From IMG/VR virus record IMGVR_UViG_3300033512_000345, positions 1 to 64,000 of that record: a stretch of 64,000 bases of DNA; one strand, given 5' to 3'. Of this stretch, positions 1-9,187 are shown piece after piece. The DNA comes from a virus. Under the pieces are notes generated by a model. It searched no databases. It was not told the DNA's origin and was given only the letters and a program-made list of their open reading frames with translations. The number at the start of each line of letters is the position of its first letter. Within the stretch, counting starts at the first letter, position 1. A program made the position numbers and the translations under genes.

Positions 1-432
1 CTTCTTGCCCTGAAGCATACGCACCATCTCCTGCATGAAGATTTGACGATCCTCATAGTTGGCAACCAAATCGTAAATGCAGATTTTGTATCCAGGAAGA
101 GGATTTTTTCTGAGATAACTAACAACCAAACTTTTGACGTCATCAGCAGTAAGCTTATTGGAAGCACTATTGTTTGCTTTGACGATAGAAAAGGTCTCTG
201 TTGTTGCCAATTTCATGACGTTTTCTGCTTTAGAGAAAGCACGACGAACATATGAATAATCCAGAAGGGCCTCTGAGATCAGTGTGTCCAACTGTGAAAT
301 AATATGTTTGACATCCCTCGGCATTGGATCGCTTGGAATATCAATCTTGTTGGCGGCGTCTACGTAATAGGATTCTCTGGCCGCCCATTCTGTTGCCGTA
401 TAGGCTGCTTTGACGTTATGCATTGTTCCCAT
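1..432 (-). CDS. hypothetical protein, 3' end outside the window
   Basis: Hand translation of the reverse complement gives an open frame from ATG at 432 (MGTMHNVKAAYTATEWAARESYYVD...) to the window edge. RBS GAAAGGAGACC lies 6 nt upstream. Not in the ORF track because no stop is inside the window. Confidence 0.6.
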   Translation of the reverse strand, partial: MGTMHNVKAAYTATEWAARESYYVDAANKIDIPSDPMPRDVKHIISQLDTLISEALLDYSYVRRAFSKAENVMKLATTETFSIVKANNSASNKLTADDVKSLVVSYLRKNPLPGYKICIYDLVANYEDRQIFMQEMVRMLQGKK

Positions 433-460
433 AATGGTCTCCTTTCAGTCTGCAAGAATT

Positions 461-490
461 ATTGTAACATAGCCATGTTTTTGTTCACAA
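461..490 (-). promoter_or_regulatory. candidate sigma-A-type promoter with extended -10
   Basis: Minus strand reads TTGTGA, 18 nt, TGtTACAAT. It lies in the 70-bp gap upstream of the CDS starting at 432. Confidence 0.4.
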
Positions 491-502
491 TCATTCATTT
501 CT

Positions 503-1087
503 TCAATTTTCAAAGAAAGGAATGATATTTCGTATCTGTATCCAGAATTTGCTTTTTGCTCGTTTCAGTTCTGGATCTTCTGATGGTCGTATCCCTTTGT
601 CGTTTTCTTTCATGAGAAGTTGGAGATATTCAATCTCTGCGTCTGGAAAGGCAATGGTCTTGAAGCTCCCCGACGGGACAGGCATGTCTCCAAAACAAAC
701 CACAGCAGAAGGAAGAATCGCTTCAATCTCTTTACTTAAAAGACGAATTGAATTTGGTGAATCTAACGCACTCCCCTTCTGATAAGAAGTGATGTAGATT
801 TGATTAAAGTCTAGATCCATTGGAGAGATAATTCTTTTGAAGAATGCAATTCGATTTGCATTTCCCAAAGAAGGGAACACCAGAATCAATTTAGCCAGAA
901 GATTTCCGTATCCCCATTCAATGGATTCTCCTCTAGCAACGGCAATTGCATGCCGATGAAGATCATCTAAGTACAGGTAACGACGAATAGCTTTCCAGCA
1001 AAGTTGAGGATCTTTTGCATGTCTTATCAGGAATTCCTTTGTTGAAGATAAGAGATCCTGATCTTCTGTTCGATAAAGCTTGCTCAT
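503..1087 (-). CDS. hypothetical protein with weak resemblance to the uracil-DNA glycosylase superfamily fold
   Basis: 194-aa ORF with RBS AAGGGGG. LILVFPSLGNAN, IYITSYQKG and EIEAILPSAVVCFGD are spaced like UDG family-4 motifs (GEGPG, VYITN.VKC, P..IV.LG), but catalytic residues are not conserved. Confidence 0.55.
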   Translation of the reverse strand: MSKLYRTEDQDLLSSTKEFLIRHAKDPQLCWKAIRRYLYLDDLHRHAIAVARGESIEWGYGNLLAKLILVFPSLGNANRIAFFKRIISPMDLDFNQIYITSYQKGSALDSPNSIRLLSKEIEAILPSAVVCFGDMPVPSGSFKTIAFPDAEIEYLQLLMKENDKGIRPSEDPELKRAKSKFWIQIRNIIPFFEN

Positions 1088-1099
1088 TGCAAACCCCCT

Positions 1100-1318
1100 T
1101 TAGCCAATGACGTTATGATAATGAAAACTTTGCGAAGAAGAAGTGGAAGAGTAGTTCATGGTGATTTTGTAGTTGTTTGTTGTTTTAGCAATTTGAAATG
1201 AAAAATTATCACAACAAACATCCGCCATGAACTTATACTCTCCATTTTTTCCTTCAGGGCACGCTCCGTCTATATTTCCGTGGATACATCTTCCACAGGA
1301 GATATAGTTGTTTTCCAT
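1100..1318 (-). CDS. small Cys-rich hypothetical protein
   Basis: 72-aa ORF (CGRC...C...CC). It overlaps the upstream gene by 49 nt and has a weak RBS. Confidence 0.4.
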   Translation of the reverse strand: MENNYISCGRCIHGNIDGACPEGKNGEYKFMADVCCDNFSFQIAKTTNNYKITMNYSSTSSSQSFHYHNVIG

Positions 1319-1941
1319 ACCCCAATCATCCTCTCCAATTCACTTCGTCCAAAAGCCAAGTATTTTCTATGATGCTCCTGATTGCTCCAGGTTGTAACAC
1401 CTGGACCTTTTTCTCCGAAGTCATTTTCAGGAGAATTATAGACATGATAAATCTGCCCATAAAGAAGAGCCAACCCATTCAGGATGCTCTCTACTTCCCA
1501 TGTGTCTCGATCCAAACTATTACAAACAAATTGAACGAGACGGTGTTTTTGTATGGATGGAGCTTTTGGAACATAAATGGGGCTAGTGTCATCTTTTTGT
1601 AATTCTGCCAAGATAGACATATGATGACGGAACGTAGCATCAGAAACGATAGTGCCAGGAGGAGCAGCAAGTAACCATTTAACTATTTCTTCGGCCTCTC
1701 CTTTGAAAGGAAGGAAAAAGAAACATGGAATGCTTGCTTGGTATTTGATGCTATAGTTTGTTTTGTCGAGTTCTCCACAGGCTGTACATTTTACTGTTGT
1801 CGTATAGATTGATGGAATAGTTCCATGAACGACATCATATTGTCCAGACTGACTCACATTGTCGCCATACATGCTATGACATTCGACAATGACAGCTCCT
1901 TCCCCACAGATAGGACAGTTCATGTTTGGTTCATTTTTCAT
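1270..1941 (-). CDS. hypothetical protein with N-terminal zinc ribbon
   Basis: 223 aa with CPICGEG...C and CTACGE. RBS AAAGGA. Its start overlaps the upstream stop. Confidence 0.7.
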   Translation of the reverse strand: MKNEPNMNCPICGEGAVIVECHSMYGDNVSQSGQYDVVHGTIPSIYTTTVKCTACGELDKTNYSIKYQASIPCFFFLPFKGEAEEIVKWLLAAPPGTIVSDATFRHHMSILAELQKDDTSPIYVPKAPSIQKHRLVQFVCNSLDRDTWEVESILNGLALLYGQIYHVYNSPENDFGEKGPGVTTWSNQEHHRKYLAFGRSELERMIGVWKTTISPVEDVSTEI

Positions 1942-2455
1942 AGTAATTCATCCTTTCCCACAGAACTCTGGCCACCAGGCCGTTTGGCATGTTTGTGTAA
2001 TACTCCCGGACATCCGGGTCGTCGATTAGGTCTTTCCATGGCAACTGCTCCCTGGAAGTCTCCTTCATGTACATGTATGAAGAATTATCCGCAGGATATT
2101 CGTTCTTGTCAGTTTGCTCAAAAAGCCTTTCATGGTGTTGTCTTGACAGATCCACAAATAATCCTCGACCGCCCCGATAGGGGCTTGGTCGTCCATAAAT
2201 CCAGGCATGATTGTAATGCCGTGAAACACCATAAACTATGTCATCAAATTCTCCATCCCAAACTTCCCATTCATAATCTGGTAAGAGTTTGTTTAGAATA
2301 AATGCACCAAAAATAGCTGTTTGCCTACAACAATTGCCTTGCCATTTATCGTATAGTTCAGGATTTGTATAACGTAGAATTTGATGAAGAAGTGGAATGA
2401 AGCATTCATACATTTGTTTTTTGACGAGATCCAGTCGAAGTCTTTGATCCATCAT
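1931..2455 (-). CDS. hypothetical protein; a Cys/His pair hints at a papain- or transglutaminase-like fold, very tentatively
   Basis: Start trimmed to ATGATG at 2455, preceded by TTTAGGAGGAAGGCC. It overlaps the stop of the upstream ORF. Contains QGNCCRQTA and HYNHAW. Confidence 0.6.
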   Translation of the reverse strand: MMDQRLRLDLVKKQMYECFIPLLHQILRYTNPELYDKWQGNCCRQTAIFGAFILNKLLPDYEWEVWDGEFDDIVYGVSRHYNHAWIYGRPSPYRGGRGLFVDLSRQHHERLFEQTDKNEYPADNSSYMYMKETSREQLPWKDLIDDPDVREYYTNMPNGLVARVLWERMNYYEK

Positions 2456-2724
2456 GGCCTTCCTCCTAAATCCCAGAGGACGGCTTCTTTGTATACGGAC
2501 ATAGGAAAAACCCGACAGAGTCCTCCGGCTCTTGTCGGATAGTATAACTCTGAAAGATTGAAACCCATGCGTACGGCCCATGCTTTCAAGAGGGCTGTCA
2601 TGCCATTGGTCGAAGGAATTTTCTTTCCAGCTTTGATGTACTCATCTTGATAAAGACTGACGATCTCGCTGGAGAACAACATGTGTTCTTGAGATTTGAC
2701 CTTGAGATAGTAATCGTACAGCAT
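2452..2724 (-). CDS. hypothetical protein
   Basis: 90-aa ORF, translationally coupled to the next gene. Confidence 0.6.
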   Translation of the reverse strand: MLYDYYLKVKSQEHMLFSSEIVSLYQDEYIKAGKKIPSTNGMTALLKAWAVRMGFNLSELYYPTRAGGLCRVFPMSVYKEAVLWDLGGRP

Positions 2725-2735
2725 GACAGCCTCCT

Positions 2736-3233
2736 TTACAGCATGTTTTTGAGAGTTTCACGGATGGTTTTGCGAAGAGTGTCATCTTTGAGGTGTTCAA
2801 GCATCAAAAACTTGTACTCGTCGGAAATGATGGTTTTGATGGTTGTGTCCACCTGAGCTTGAATGATCTGCCGAACCTGTGGAAGAATCTCGGTTTCCAT
2901 GATATACCGGACTTCTTTTTCGGCAGCCTCCTGGGCAATGGATTTCATGTTCACTTTGTCCACTTTGCCCTTGATGCCTTCAACCAGGATCTTCGACGCC
3001 CATCCTTCAATGTCGAATCCGGTTTGGGCATGCTTCTTGATGATCAAAGCAGAGGTCATGCTTTCGGCAACAAGCTTTCGAACCTTGTCATTGATCTCGG
3101 AATCAACCTTCTTCAGAAGACCTTCCGAGCCTGCAAGTGTCATGAGAGCGTGCTCCAGATCGCTGATCAGCTTTTTTGAAACATCCTCTCCCATGAGGGA
3201 CAGGAATTCTGTGGGCGATACGTCAAACTTCAT
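2736..3233 (-). CDS. hypothetical protein
   Basis: 165-aa ORF with ATG at 3233. Charged and helical in composition. Confidence 0.7.
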   Translation of the reverse strand: MKFDVSPTEFLSLMGEDVSKKLISDLEHALMTLAGSEGLLKKVDSEINDKVRKLVAESMTSALIIKKHAQTGFDIEGWASKILVEGIKGKVDKVNMKSIAQEAAEKEVRYIMETEILPQVRQIIQAQVDTTIKTIISDEYKFLMLEHLKDDTLRKTIRETLKNML

Positions 3234-3240
3234 ATCGCAC

Positions 3241-3597
3241 CTACTTGATCTTCATGGTGTTGACAGGGATGGTCGTGCTGAAGGCGTCGATCTCAACCTG
3301 TGTCAAGAGACCGGATTTGATGGCTTCCTTGACTTGATCCATGTCCGGAAGGATTGTCATCTTCAGACAGGTTTTCAGTCCTTTGGACGCCAGGAACTTC
3401 ACAAGATCTTCGTCCTTTGTTGTGGTCCGGCTGGATTGGGTAATGGTGATGACCCGGGTTCCGGACTTGACCGTGAAGACCTTGTCAGCAAGCATTTCGC
3501 TCTTGACTTCATCCTTGAGTTTCTTTTCAACCTTTTCGAGTTCGCCGATTTGGTCTGTGACCTCAATGAGTCGGGCCACTTTTTTGTCGTCAATCAT
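3241..3597 (-). CDS. hypothetical protein
   Basis: 118 aa. RBS AGGAGG. ATGA overlap with the upstream gene. Confidence 0.7.
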   Translation of the reverse strand: MIDDKKVARLIEVTDQIGELEKVEKKLKDEVKSEMLADKVFTVKSGTRVITITQSSRTTTKDEDLVKFLASKGLKTCLKMTILPDMDQVKEAIKSGLLTQVEIDAFSTTIPVNTMKIK

Positions 3598-3827
3598 GAC
3601 AGACCTCCTGGTACTTTTATTTCATCAACTTCGTAAACGACACCGAGAGTCGATCCTTGATCCCAATTGACATGGATCGTTCCGGCATCATCTACGAATT
3701 TCACGACTCCTTGATCTCCTGGAACGAGAGTAGAATACTCATCATTCATGGAAACCAATTCAACACGTTGCCCTTCGGGATGTTGCTCCCGGAGAGTCTT
3801 CAAGGTTTCTCGATTTGGAATCTTCAC
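3594..3827 (-). CDS. DUF4314-like small protein
   Basis: GTG start with RBS GGAGAGGA. The pattern G.RV.L..M.D....PGD.G.V..VDD.G.I.V.WD.G is as I remember the DUF4314 family of Firmicutes mobile elements. Confidence 0.55.
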   Translation of the reverse strand: MKIPNRETLKTLREQHPEGQRVELVSMNDEYSTLVPGDQGVVKFVDDAGTIHVNWDQGSTLGVVYEVDEIKVPGGLS

Positions 3828-3842
3828 TTGTATCCTCTCCTT

Positions 3843-4154
3843 TCAGGCATAGCCTTTGGTGACACCATGGACAATCCATTCTCCATAGGAACCCAGATAG
3901 TTTCCGGTTTCAAAGATGACACCCCAAAGATCCGATTCATAATTGATCCGGATCAATTCCCCATCATCTTGATTGGGATGGAGTTGTTTCATTTGTTCTG
4001 CGATCTCGTCCAACGTCAAGACGTCGTCAAAAATCTCTTCACAGTGTCTCCAGGAGATCCCCTCCGGGTTTCCCCGGAGGAAATCGCATTCTCCCTTTGG
4101 TATCTCAAAAGAGCCGGAGACTTTCTGCTGAAGCTTATAAGGATTCTGACTCAT
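3843..4154 (-). CDS. hypothetical protein
   Basis: 103 aa. RBS GAAGGAGGA. Confidence 0.7.
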   Translation of the reverse strand: MSQNPYKLQQKVSGSFEIPKGECDFLRGNPEGISWRHCEEIFDDVLTLDEIAEQMKQLHPNQDDGELIRINYESDLWGVIFETGNYLGSYGEWIVHGVTKGYA

Positions 4155-4174
4155 GGTTCCTCCTTCGGCTTGAG

Positions 4175-4603
4175 TTATCCCATGCCACCGTCTGAGATAT
4201 AGTCTATCTGATCTGAAATTTCCTGTAACAATTCCAGATCTTGTCCCGCCATGATTTCTGAGATGAAACCTAACAAGTAGCTCTTGGCGTCTTCGTCCGT
4301 GTAGACACCCTTATCTTCGTGTCGATGCAGTTCTTCTAGACTCCAGCCTTGAATGGCTGGGAAGTACAGGTAAAGCTTGTCTCCTCCGTCTGAACACACC
4401 CGGAGCAGTTCGTCTCTTCCTGTCAACTCCAATGCGTTGCACCAGAATTCAAGACCGCCCTCCATATTCATAAGCTCTTCAGCAGTAAGAGGAAGGTCGT
4501 TGGTCTCTTTTGAAAGAGAAGCCAGTTCTTCGAAATTAAAAGGAATCGCATGCTCAGACACGTCGACCCCATATCCAACAATTCCCCATGTCGTACTACT
4601 CAT
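4175..4603 (-). CDS. hypothetical protein, paralogue of 5210..5623
   Basis: Start trimmed to ATG at 4603 (MSSTTWGIVGYG), with RBS GAAGGAGAA. The long N-terminal extension in the track overlaps the DUF4241-like gene out of frame. Confidence 0.65.
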   Translation of the reverse strand: MSSTTWGIVGYGVDVSEHAIPFNFEELASLSKETNDLPLTAEELMNMEGGLEFWCNALELTGRDELLRVCSDGGDKLYLYFPAIQGWSLEELHRHEDKGVYTDEDAKSYLLGFISEIMAGQDLELLQEISDQIDYISDGGMG

Positions 4604-5207
4604 TATCAACATTCTCCTTCTCTTCGTCCTCGTCGTCATCAATAAAGACGACTTCGATGGCTGCATACTTGTTGCATCCGTCAAACTGATGGAGAAAGGC
4701 GTCGTATGCTCCGTCCCCATATCCCGAAGAGGAGACGAAACCACCCGGAACCAGGCCGCACTGCTCTTCATCAAGAGTAGCTTCGCAACAAGTTCCATAC
4801 CACATTTCGTCTTCTTCTTTCCAGGTTTCTGTTTTGGGGAGTTGTTCCGGACTGAGCTTGGCATCATTGCGATACCATTCCTTGTCGAAAATGCCCAGTT
4901 GGCCGGAATCAACCCCAAGAGAGAATGTTTTGCTTTCTGTCAGTTTTGCTCTGCTGCAATAAATGGCGTCCCAGAAATCTTCATGGGCTGCGACGATTCC
5001 CGAAATTCGGGTTCCCCAGTTCACGTCATGAAGGTAGCTCACAAAGACCTTGTATTTCCCGGGCAGAAGATTGCTGACTTCAGCCTGGCACCATGTCCCT
5101 AAAGTATAACAGGGGTCTGAAAGAATCATGACTCCGGAATCCGGAACCGTGATTTCTCCTTTGGGAGTCAGGAGACGAACTTCGTCTCCTATAAATAGAT
5201 GATTCAT
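4596..5207 (-). CDS. DUF4241-like protein
   Basis: ATG at 5207 after GGAGAGGA. SDPCY, VDSG and GYGDGAYD motifs are as I recall for DUF4241. Acidic C-terminal tail. Confidence 0.6.
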   Translation of the reverse strand: MNHLFIGDEVRLLTPKGEITVPDSGVMILSDPCYTLGTWCQAEVSNLLPGKYKVFVSYLHDVNWGTRISGIVAAHEDFWDAIYCSRAKLTESKTFSLGVDSGQLGIFDKEWYRNDAKLSPEQLPKTETWKEEDEMWYGTCCEATLDEEQCGLVPGGFVSSSGYGDGAYDAFLHQFDGCNKYAAIEVVFIDDDEDEEKENVDNE

Positions 5208-5209
5208 CT

Positions 5210-5623
5210 TCAATCCTCTCCGGCTGTATTGATATAGACGATCTGATCCATCAGCTCTTTGTCAGAGACTTTGTCTTTGACGTAGGGCCGGACGGTCTGA
5301 AAGACTATCTCTCTGGCCTGGTCCTCGGTTTCGATTTGGAAGTCGCTTCTGCTCCAACTGTATTCCGGAAAGAGCATGACGAAAGTTTGTGAGTGTCTGC
5401 CGGCATCTGCGTGAGTACAGATCCGGTTTGGATCTGTTTCTGCGATGGCTTCGGCGATGTCCGACCAGTCAATGGCGGAGTCCTGTATATCTGCAAGGAG
5501 CTCCTCATCACACTTCTCTTCGGGAACAACAAAGCCCATGAGCTCAAGAACTTTTCGGTAGTCGGTGTCGGCCTGTGAAAGCTCATAGCCAAATCCAAGA
5601 ATTGACCAATATACACTGCTCAT
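5210..5623 (-). CDS. hypothetical protein, paralogue of 4175..4603
   Basis: ATG at 5623 after AAGGAG. MSSVYWSILGFGYE aligns with MSSTTWGIVGYGVD, and VMLFPEYSW with LYLYFPAIQGW. Confidence 0.65.
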   Translation of the reverse strand: MSSVYWSILGFGYELSQADTDYRKVLELMGFVVPEEKCDEELLADIQDSAIDWSDIAEAIAETDPNRICTHADAGRHSQTFVMLFPEYSWSRSDFQIETEDQAREIVFQTVRPYVKDKVSDKELMDQIVYINTAGED

Positions 5624-5634
5624 ATCTTCTCCTT

Positions 5635-7563
5635 TCAAAGAGTGTCTCGTCCAGCCAAGATGGCATACAGTTTGATTTCCGAAATGATCGGAATCCCAAG
5701 CTTGATTGCTTTCTGGCTTTTGGAAGAGGTGGATCGCGGATCAGACTGAACCAATGCAGAAACATATCTTGTTATACTATCTGCTGTATGATGTCCTGCT
5801 TTGCTAATTTCATAGCAGATATCCCCTCGAGTTTTGGACATGGATCCTGTCAAGACAAAAATATATCGCCCCTGACCGGAAGAAGGCGAGGTTCCCTGAG
5901 ACTGAACAGTGGGAGCAGATACGACGACCGTCTTAGCTGGAATATTCTTGGGTGTCACATGACGAAACAATGCCAACCACATGACGTGGAACTTTTGGAT
6001 GTTATCGATCGTGATTGGGCCAAAATTGGGCATAGCAGAGATTCTGGGACACCCAGCCTTCACGTCCTTGATCAGGTCTGCAAAGTTTCCGAATTCGTCC
6101 ATCAGGAGCCGTGAGGCGGTTCTTCCTACGGTTGGGATTCCAACAGCGTAGAGGAACTGATTCATCTCAACTTTCTTGGCCTTTTGGATTCGGTTGTACA
6201 GAGTAGTCGCCGACCTCTTGGCAAAGCCCGGAAGCTTTTCGAGATCCTCGATCGTCAGATTGAAGATGTCCCAAGGGTATTCAACTTTGCCGGTTGCAAC
6301 CAGTTTGCGGGCCGTTTCCTCAGATATGCCTTCGACATCAAGAGCCTCTTTGCGAACCAGATGAACGATATTGCCAACCAGCTTGGCGGCACACACCGGG
6401 TTCTCACAGAAGAGCTGCTGATTCGTCGACGTCAACGAAGATCCGCAGACAGGACATTTTGTAGGGATCTCAAAGTGTATGGCAGGCTCCACGACAGGAC
6501 GCGTTGCCGTGATAGCAGGAATCACGTCGTTTGCTTTGATGACATAGACTTCTTGTCCTTCGGCCTGGATTCCGATGGCTGCCATGATGGATGTATTGTG
6601 CAGCGTGGTTCTTGAGATCTCAGATCCCAAAACCCGAACCGGAACCAGCTCCGCAACCGGAGTGACCTTGCCTGTTCTTCCGGTCTGCCAGGTAATGGAC
6701 AAGATCTTTGTCCACTCTCCGGAGGATTCGAACTTCCAGGCAAACGCCGACTTCGGATGATGACCTGTGGTTCCGAATTTGTCGGCAGCATTGGGCTGAA
6801 TGGATTTGATGACAAGCCCATCAATGTCAAAAGCCAAACGGTCCCGCTTGTCCTTGTAGGACATGATGAACCGGACTGCGTCATCGATCGTCTTTCCAGA
6901 TTCATCTGAGAAAACGCCATTGGGAACAACGTCCCATCCATTCGAACGCAACCAGGCAAGTTGTTGCACGTCAGTGTCGGAATCCAGCCCCATGCGGTTG
7001 TAAGCCGCATATTTGAGATAATTCATCAGTTCCGGAGTCCCTTTGCGAAGGATTCCCGGGACTGCGTTTCTGGTGTTCTCAAAGAGCTTTTCTCCAGAAG
7101 CGGTTCGCAGAAGATTGACTTCTGCCAGGTCCGCCCGATTCATGAAAACTTCCATTCGAACGGGGTGATCCACTTCCCGGTTGATTCTCATGTTGGGAAT
7201 CTTGTTGGCATTGGCCATGACCTCTCCGCGGTATCCGTCTCCTCTGGTAAGGAAGACGTCTCCGAGAGCTAACAGTGTCATGCCGTCAATCTTCGGTTGA
7301 ACCACGATGGGCCAGAGTTCGGCGACCTTCTTGCGAAGCTCGGTTTCGTCCGTGACTTTCTCGAGAGACAAAACGGCATGCTTGTGCGGAATGGACATGT
7401 TTTCATCTACAATGTCCGATGGCACGCCTTCGTCCTCTTGAAGCTGACGGTATCTGTCGCGAAGAGCGTCATACTCTTCATCTGTGATCTCTGGAGCATT
7501 CTGTTTGTAGTACAGATCATCATGATGATCCAGAAGCTCTTTGAGTGTCAGTAGCTCATTCAT
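5635..7563 (-). CDS. ligA: NAD-dependent DNA ligase
   Basis: 642 aa. N-terminal Ia-like LYYKQNAPEITDEEYDAL, adenylation motif KIDG, and zinc finger CPVCGSSL...CENPVC followed by an HhH-like region. Confidence 0.93.
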   Translation of the reverse strand: MNELLTLKELLDHHDDLYYKQNAPEITDEEYDALRDRYRQLQEDEGVPSDIVDENMSIPHKHAVLSLEKVTDETELRKKVAELWPIVVQPKIDGMTLLALGDVFLTRGDGYRGEVMANANKIPNMRINREVDHPVRMEVFMNRADLAEVNLLRTASGEKLFENTRNAVPGILRKGTPELMNYLKYAAYNRMGLDSDTDVQQLAWLRSNGWDVVPNGVFSDESGKTIDDAVRFIMSYKDKRDRLAFDIDGLVIKSIQPNAADKFGTTGHHPKSAFAWKFESSGEWTKILSITWQTGRTGKVTPVAELVPVRVLGSEISRTTLHNTSIMAAIGIQAEGQEVYVIKANDVIPAITATRPVVEPAIHFEIPTKCPVCGSSLTSTNQQLFCENPVCAAKLVGNIVHLVRKEALDVEGISEETARKLVATGKVEYPWDIFNLTIEDLEKLPGFAKRSATTLYNRIQKAKKVEMNQFLYAVGIPTVGRTASRLLMDEFGNFADLIKDVKAGCPRISAMPNFGPITIDNIQKFHVMWLALFRHVTPKNIPAKTVVVSAPTVQSQGTSPSSGQGRYIFVLTGSMSKTRGDICYEISKAGHHTADSITRYVSALVQSDPRSTSSKSQKAIKLGIPIISEIKLYAILAGRDTL

Positions 7564-8777
7564 TTGAAAAATCCTCCTTCCATGTCGAGACGTTTAATCA
7601 TTTGATGTTTCCAGACGGCCTTCTGAGCGTCTGGCAGTTTATCGAGAATGGGCATGAGAGTGAACAAGATATTGGTTCTCATGTCCGTAACCATGGATTC
7701 ATAAGGAGCAATGGAACGATCCAGGATGACTTGCATTCCCGGTTCGGCGTGATCGGCGATGAAAGTAGAGACCTTCATATTATCAAAGTCGAAGTTCTTG
7801 CAGACGTCTGCGGGGTCAAGCCCGGTCTCTGTCATGACAACCATGACTTCAAATCCTTTTTCATAGAACAAGGGGATTGCCTTGAACATGTTGGCTCGGC
7901 CGGCAGCGTCTCCGTCCAGATAAATCAGCACTTTACTTGTGAGTTTGGACAGTGCTTCAATCTGGCCCGCTGTGATGGCTGTTCCCATGGAGCCGACAGT
8001 GTAATTGATGCCGGCTTGATGCAGAGAGATGACATCCAGGTATCCTTCAACCAGAATGGCCATCTCTCTTTTGGTGATGGCTTCCTTGGCTTGAGGGTAC
8101 CCATAGAGCAAATCCCCTTTGACGAAAATTCCCTTGAGAGGATCAGAGTCGTCGGTATGGCTCTTGTCATTGATATACTTTGAGCCTGTGTTGCTGCCGA
8201 ATTGACGATACCCCATCCCGACACAGTGCGTGGACTGGAGGTTTTTGTTTTCAAGAATGGGGAAAGCAATCCGTCCTGAGATTCCTCCCATGTCCTTGCG
8301 TCGGGTGTATTCATCCAAAGGAACCATGCCGACACGAAACTTGGTAAGAGTTTCTTCTGTCAGACCTCGGTCGACTGTCAGGTACTTCTGGACAGCAGCA
8401 TTGGATTTCCTGACCGACCAGTATCTGCGAGAATGCTGGTCCATAAGATTCTTGTATGCTTCATGTGCTGGGTTCAGAGGTGCCGATTCGTACGGCAAGC
8501 CTGCAAATTCTGCTGCCATTTGGCACGCCTCCTTGAATTCTACTTTTTCCATCTTCATGATGAAGTCCATGATGTCTCCATGCTCATCGCATTCTCCCCA
8601 GCACTTCCATCGGTTGCGAGCCGGCGTGATGACAAAGGACGGAGAATCTTCTTTGTGAAACGGACAGAGCCCCTTGTAGAGATCGCCTGTTCGTCTCATG
8701 ACAAGTTCGGGATGTTTCTTCTCAATGTAACCGATCAAAGAGGCCTGCTCCTTGATATCCTGAATGCTGGTTTTCAT
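7560..8777 (-). CDS. dnaG: DnaG-type DNA primase
   Basis: CHC2 zinc finger CPFHKEDSPSF and TOPRIM motifs EGYLDVISL and YLDGDAAG. ATGA overlap with ligA. Confidence 0.9.
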   Translation of the reverse strand: MKTSIQDIKEQASLIGYIEKKHPELVMRRTGDLYKGLCPFHKEDSPSFVITPARNRWKCWGECDEHGDIMDFIMKMEKVEFKEACQMAAEFAGLPYESAPLNPAHEAYKNLMDQHSRRYWSVRKSNAAVQKYLTVDRGLTEETLTKFRVGMVPLDEYTRRKDMGGISGRIAFPILENKNLQSTHCVGMGYRQFGSNTGSKYINDKSHTDDSDPLKGIFVKGDLLYGYPQAKEAITKREMAILVEGYLDVISLHQAGINYTVGSMGTAITAGQIEALSKLTSKVLIYLDGDAAGRANMFKAIPLFYEKGFEVMVVMTETGLDPADVCKNFDFDNMKVSTFIADHAEPGMQVILDRSIAPYESMVTDMRTNILFTLMPILDKLPDAQKAVWKHQMIKRLDMEGGFFK

Positions 8778-8803
8778 GCTTTCTCCTCCCGTATAACAAA
8801 AGA

Positions 8804-8836
8804 CTGCCTCCCCCTCCCGCCAGGGAGGGAGGGCAG
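8804..8836 (-). terminator. GC-rich imperfect hairpin followed by UCUUUUGUU on the minus strand
   Basis: CTGCCCTCCCTCCC / GGGAGGGGGAGGCAG arms lie between 8858..9187 and the primase RBS. Confidence 0.5.
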
Positions 8837-8857
8837 CCTCCGTCGAAGCAGGACGAG

Positions 8858-9187
8858 TTAGCCGTTATACGGAATCTCATCCATGCTGATCTGTCCCTCA
8901 ATTTGATCCAGGTGTCCTCCGGTTGATGCAATCAGGTCGTCGGTCAACTGAGGTCCCTCAGCAGGAACAAACTGAACCAGCGTCTCGGCTGTGCTGGACT
9001 CGGAATAGGAAATGGGAAACTCCGTTGCCGGATCAGACTCTGTGTGAACGAGTTGTTCCATCAGGAAGAGCATGCCGTCCCGGCGGCTTGTGATGAATCC
9101 CTGCTGTATAAACAGATCCAGGATTTCATTGGGCTCGAGGTCGACGATGTTGGTCGTGGACTGGATGAATTCTTTGATGTTGCTCAT
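8858..9187 (-). CDS. hypothetical acidic protein
   Basis: 109 aa. The N-terminal EILDLF resembles a clamp-binding pentapeptide. Confidence 0.65.
   Translation of the reverse strand: MSNIKEFIQSTTNIVDLEPNEILDLFIQQGFITSRRDGMLFLMEQLVHTESDPATEFPISYSESSTAETLVQFVPAEGPQLTDDLIASTGGHLDQIEGQISMDEIPYNG

Noticed and set aside
1-432. Faint resemblance of the partial first ORF to the T4 UvsY recombination mediator: ...YEDRQIFMQEMVRMLQGKK against the UvsY C-terminus ...IKHIQDMRAFEAGK.
   Set aside because: The similarity covers only a few residues recalled from memory, the ORF is truncated by the window edge, and the recombinase here is a bacterial-type RecA rather than UvsX. This is not enough to make a call.
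4604-4918. Long N-terminal extensions of track ORFs, for example 4175..4918, 1931..2581, 20670..21872, 36514..37011, 58864..59655, 59904..60836 and 60890..61612.
   Set aside because: The extensions overlap the preceding gene out of frame and read as Arg/Ser/Pro-rich junk. Each has an internal ATG, GTG or TTG with a strong AGGAGG-type RBS at the point where the real protein-like sequence starts. Starts were trimmed accordingly.
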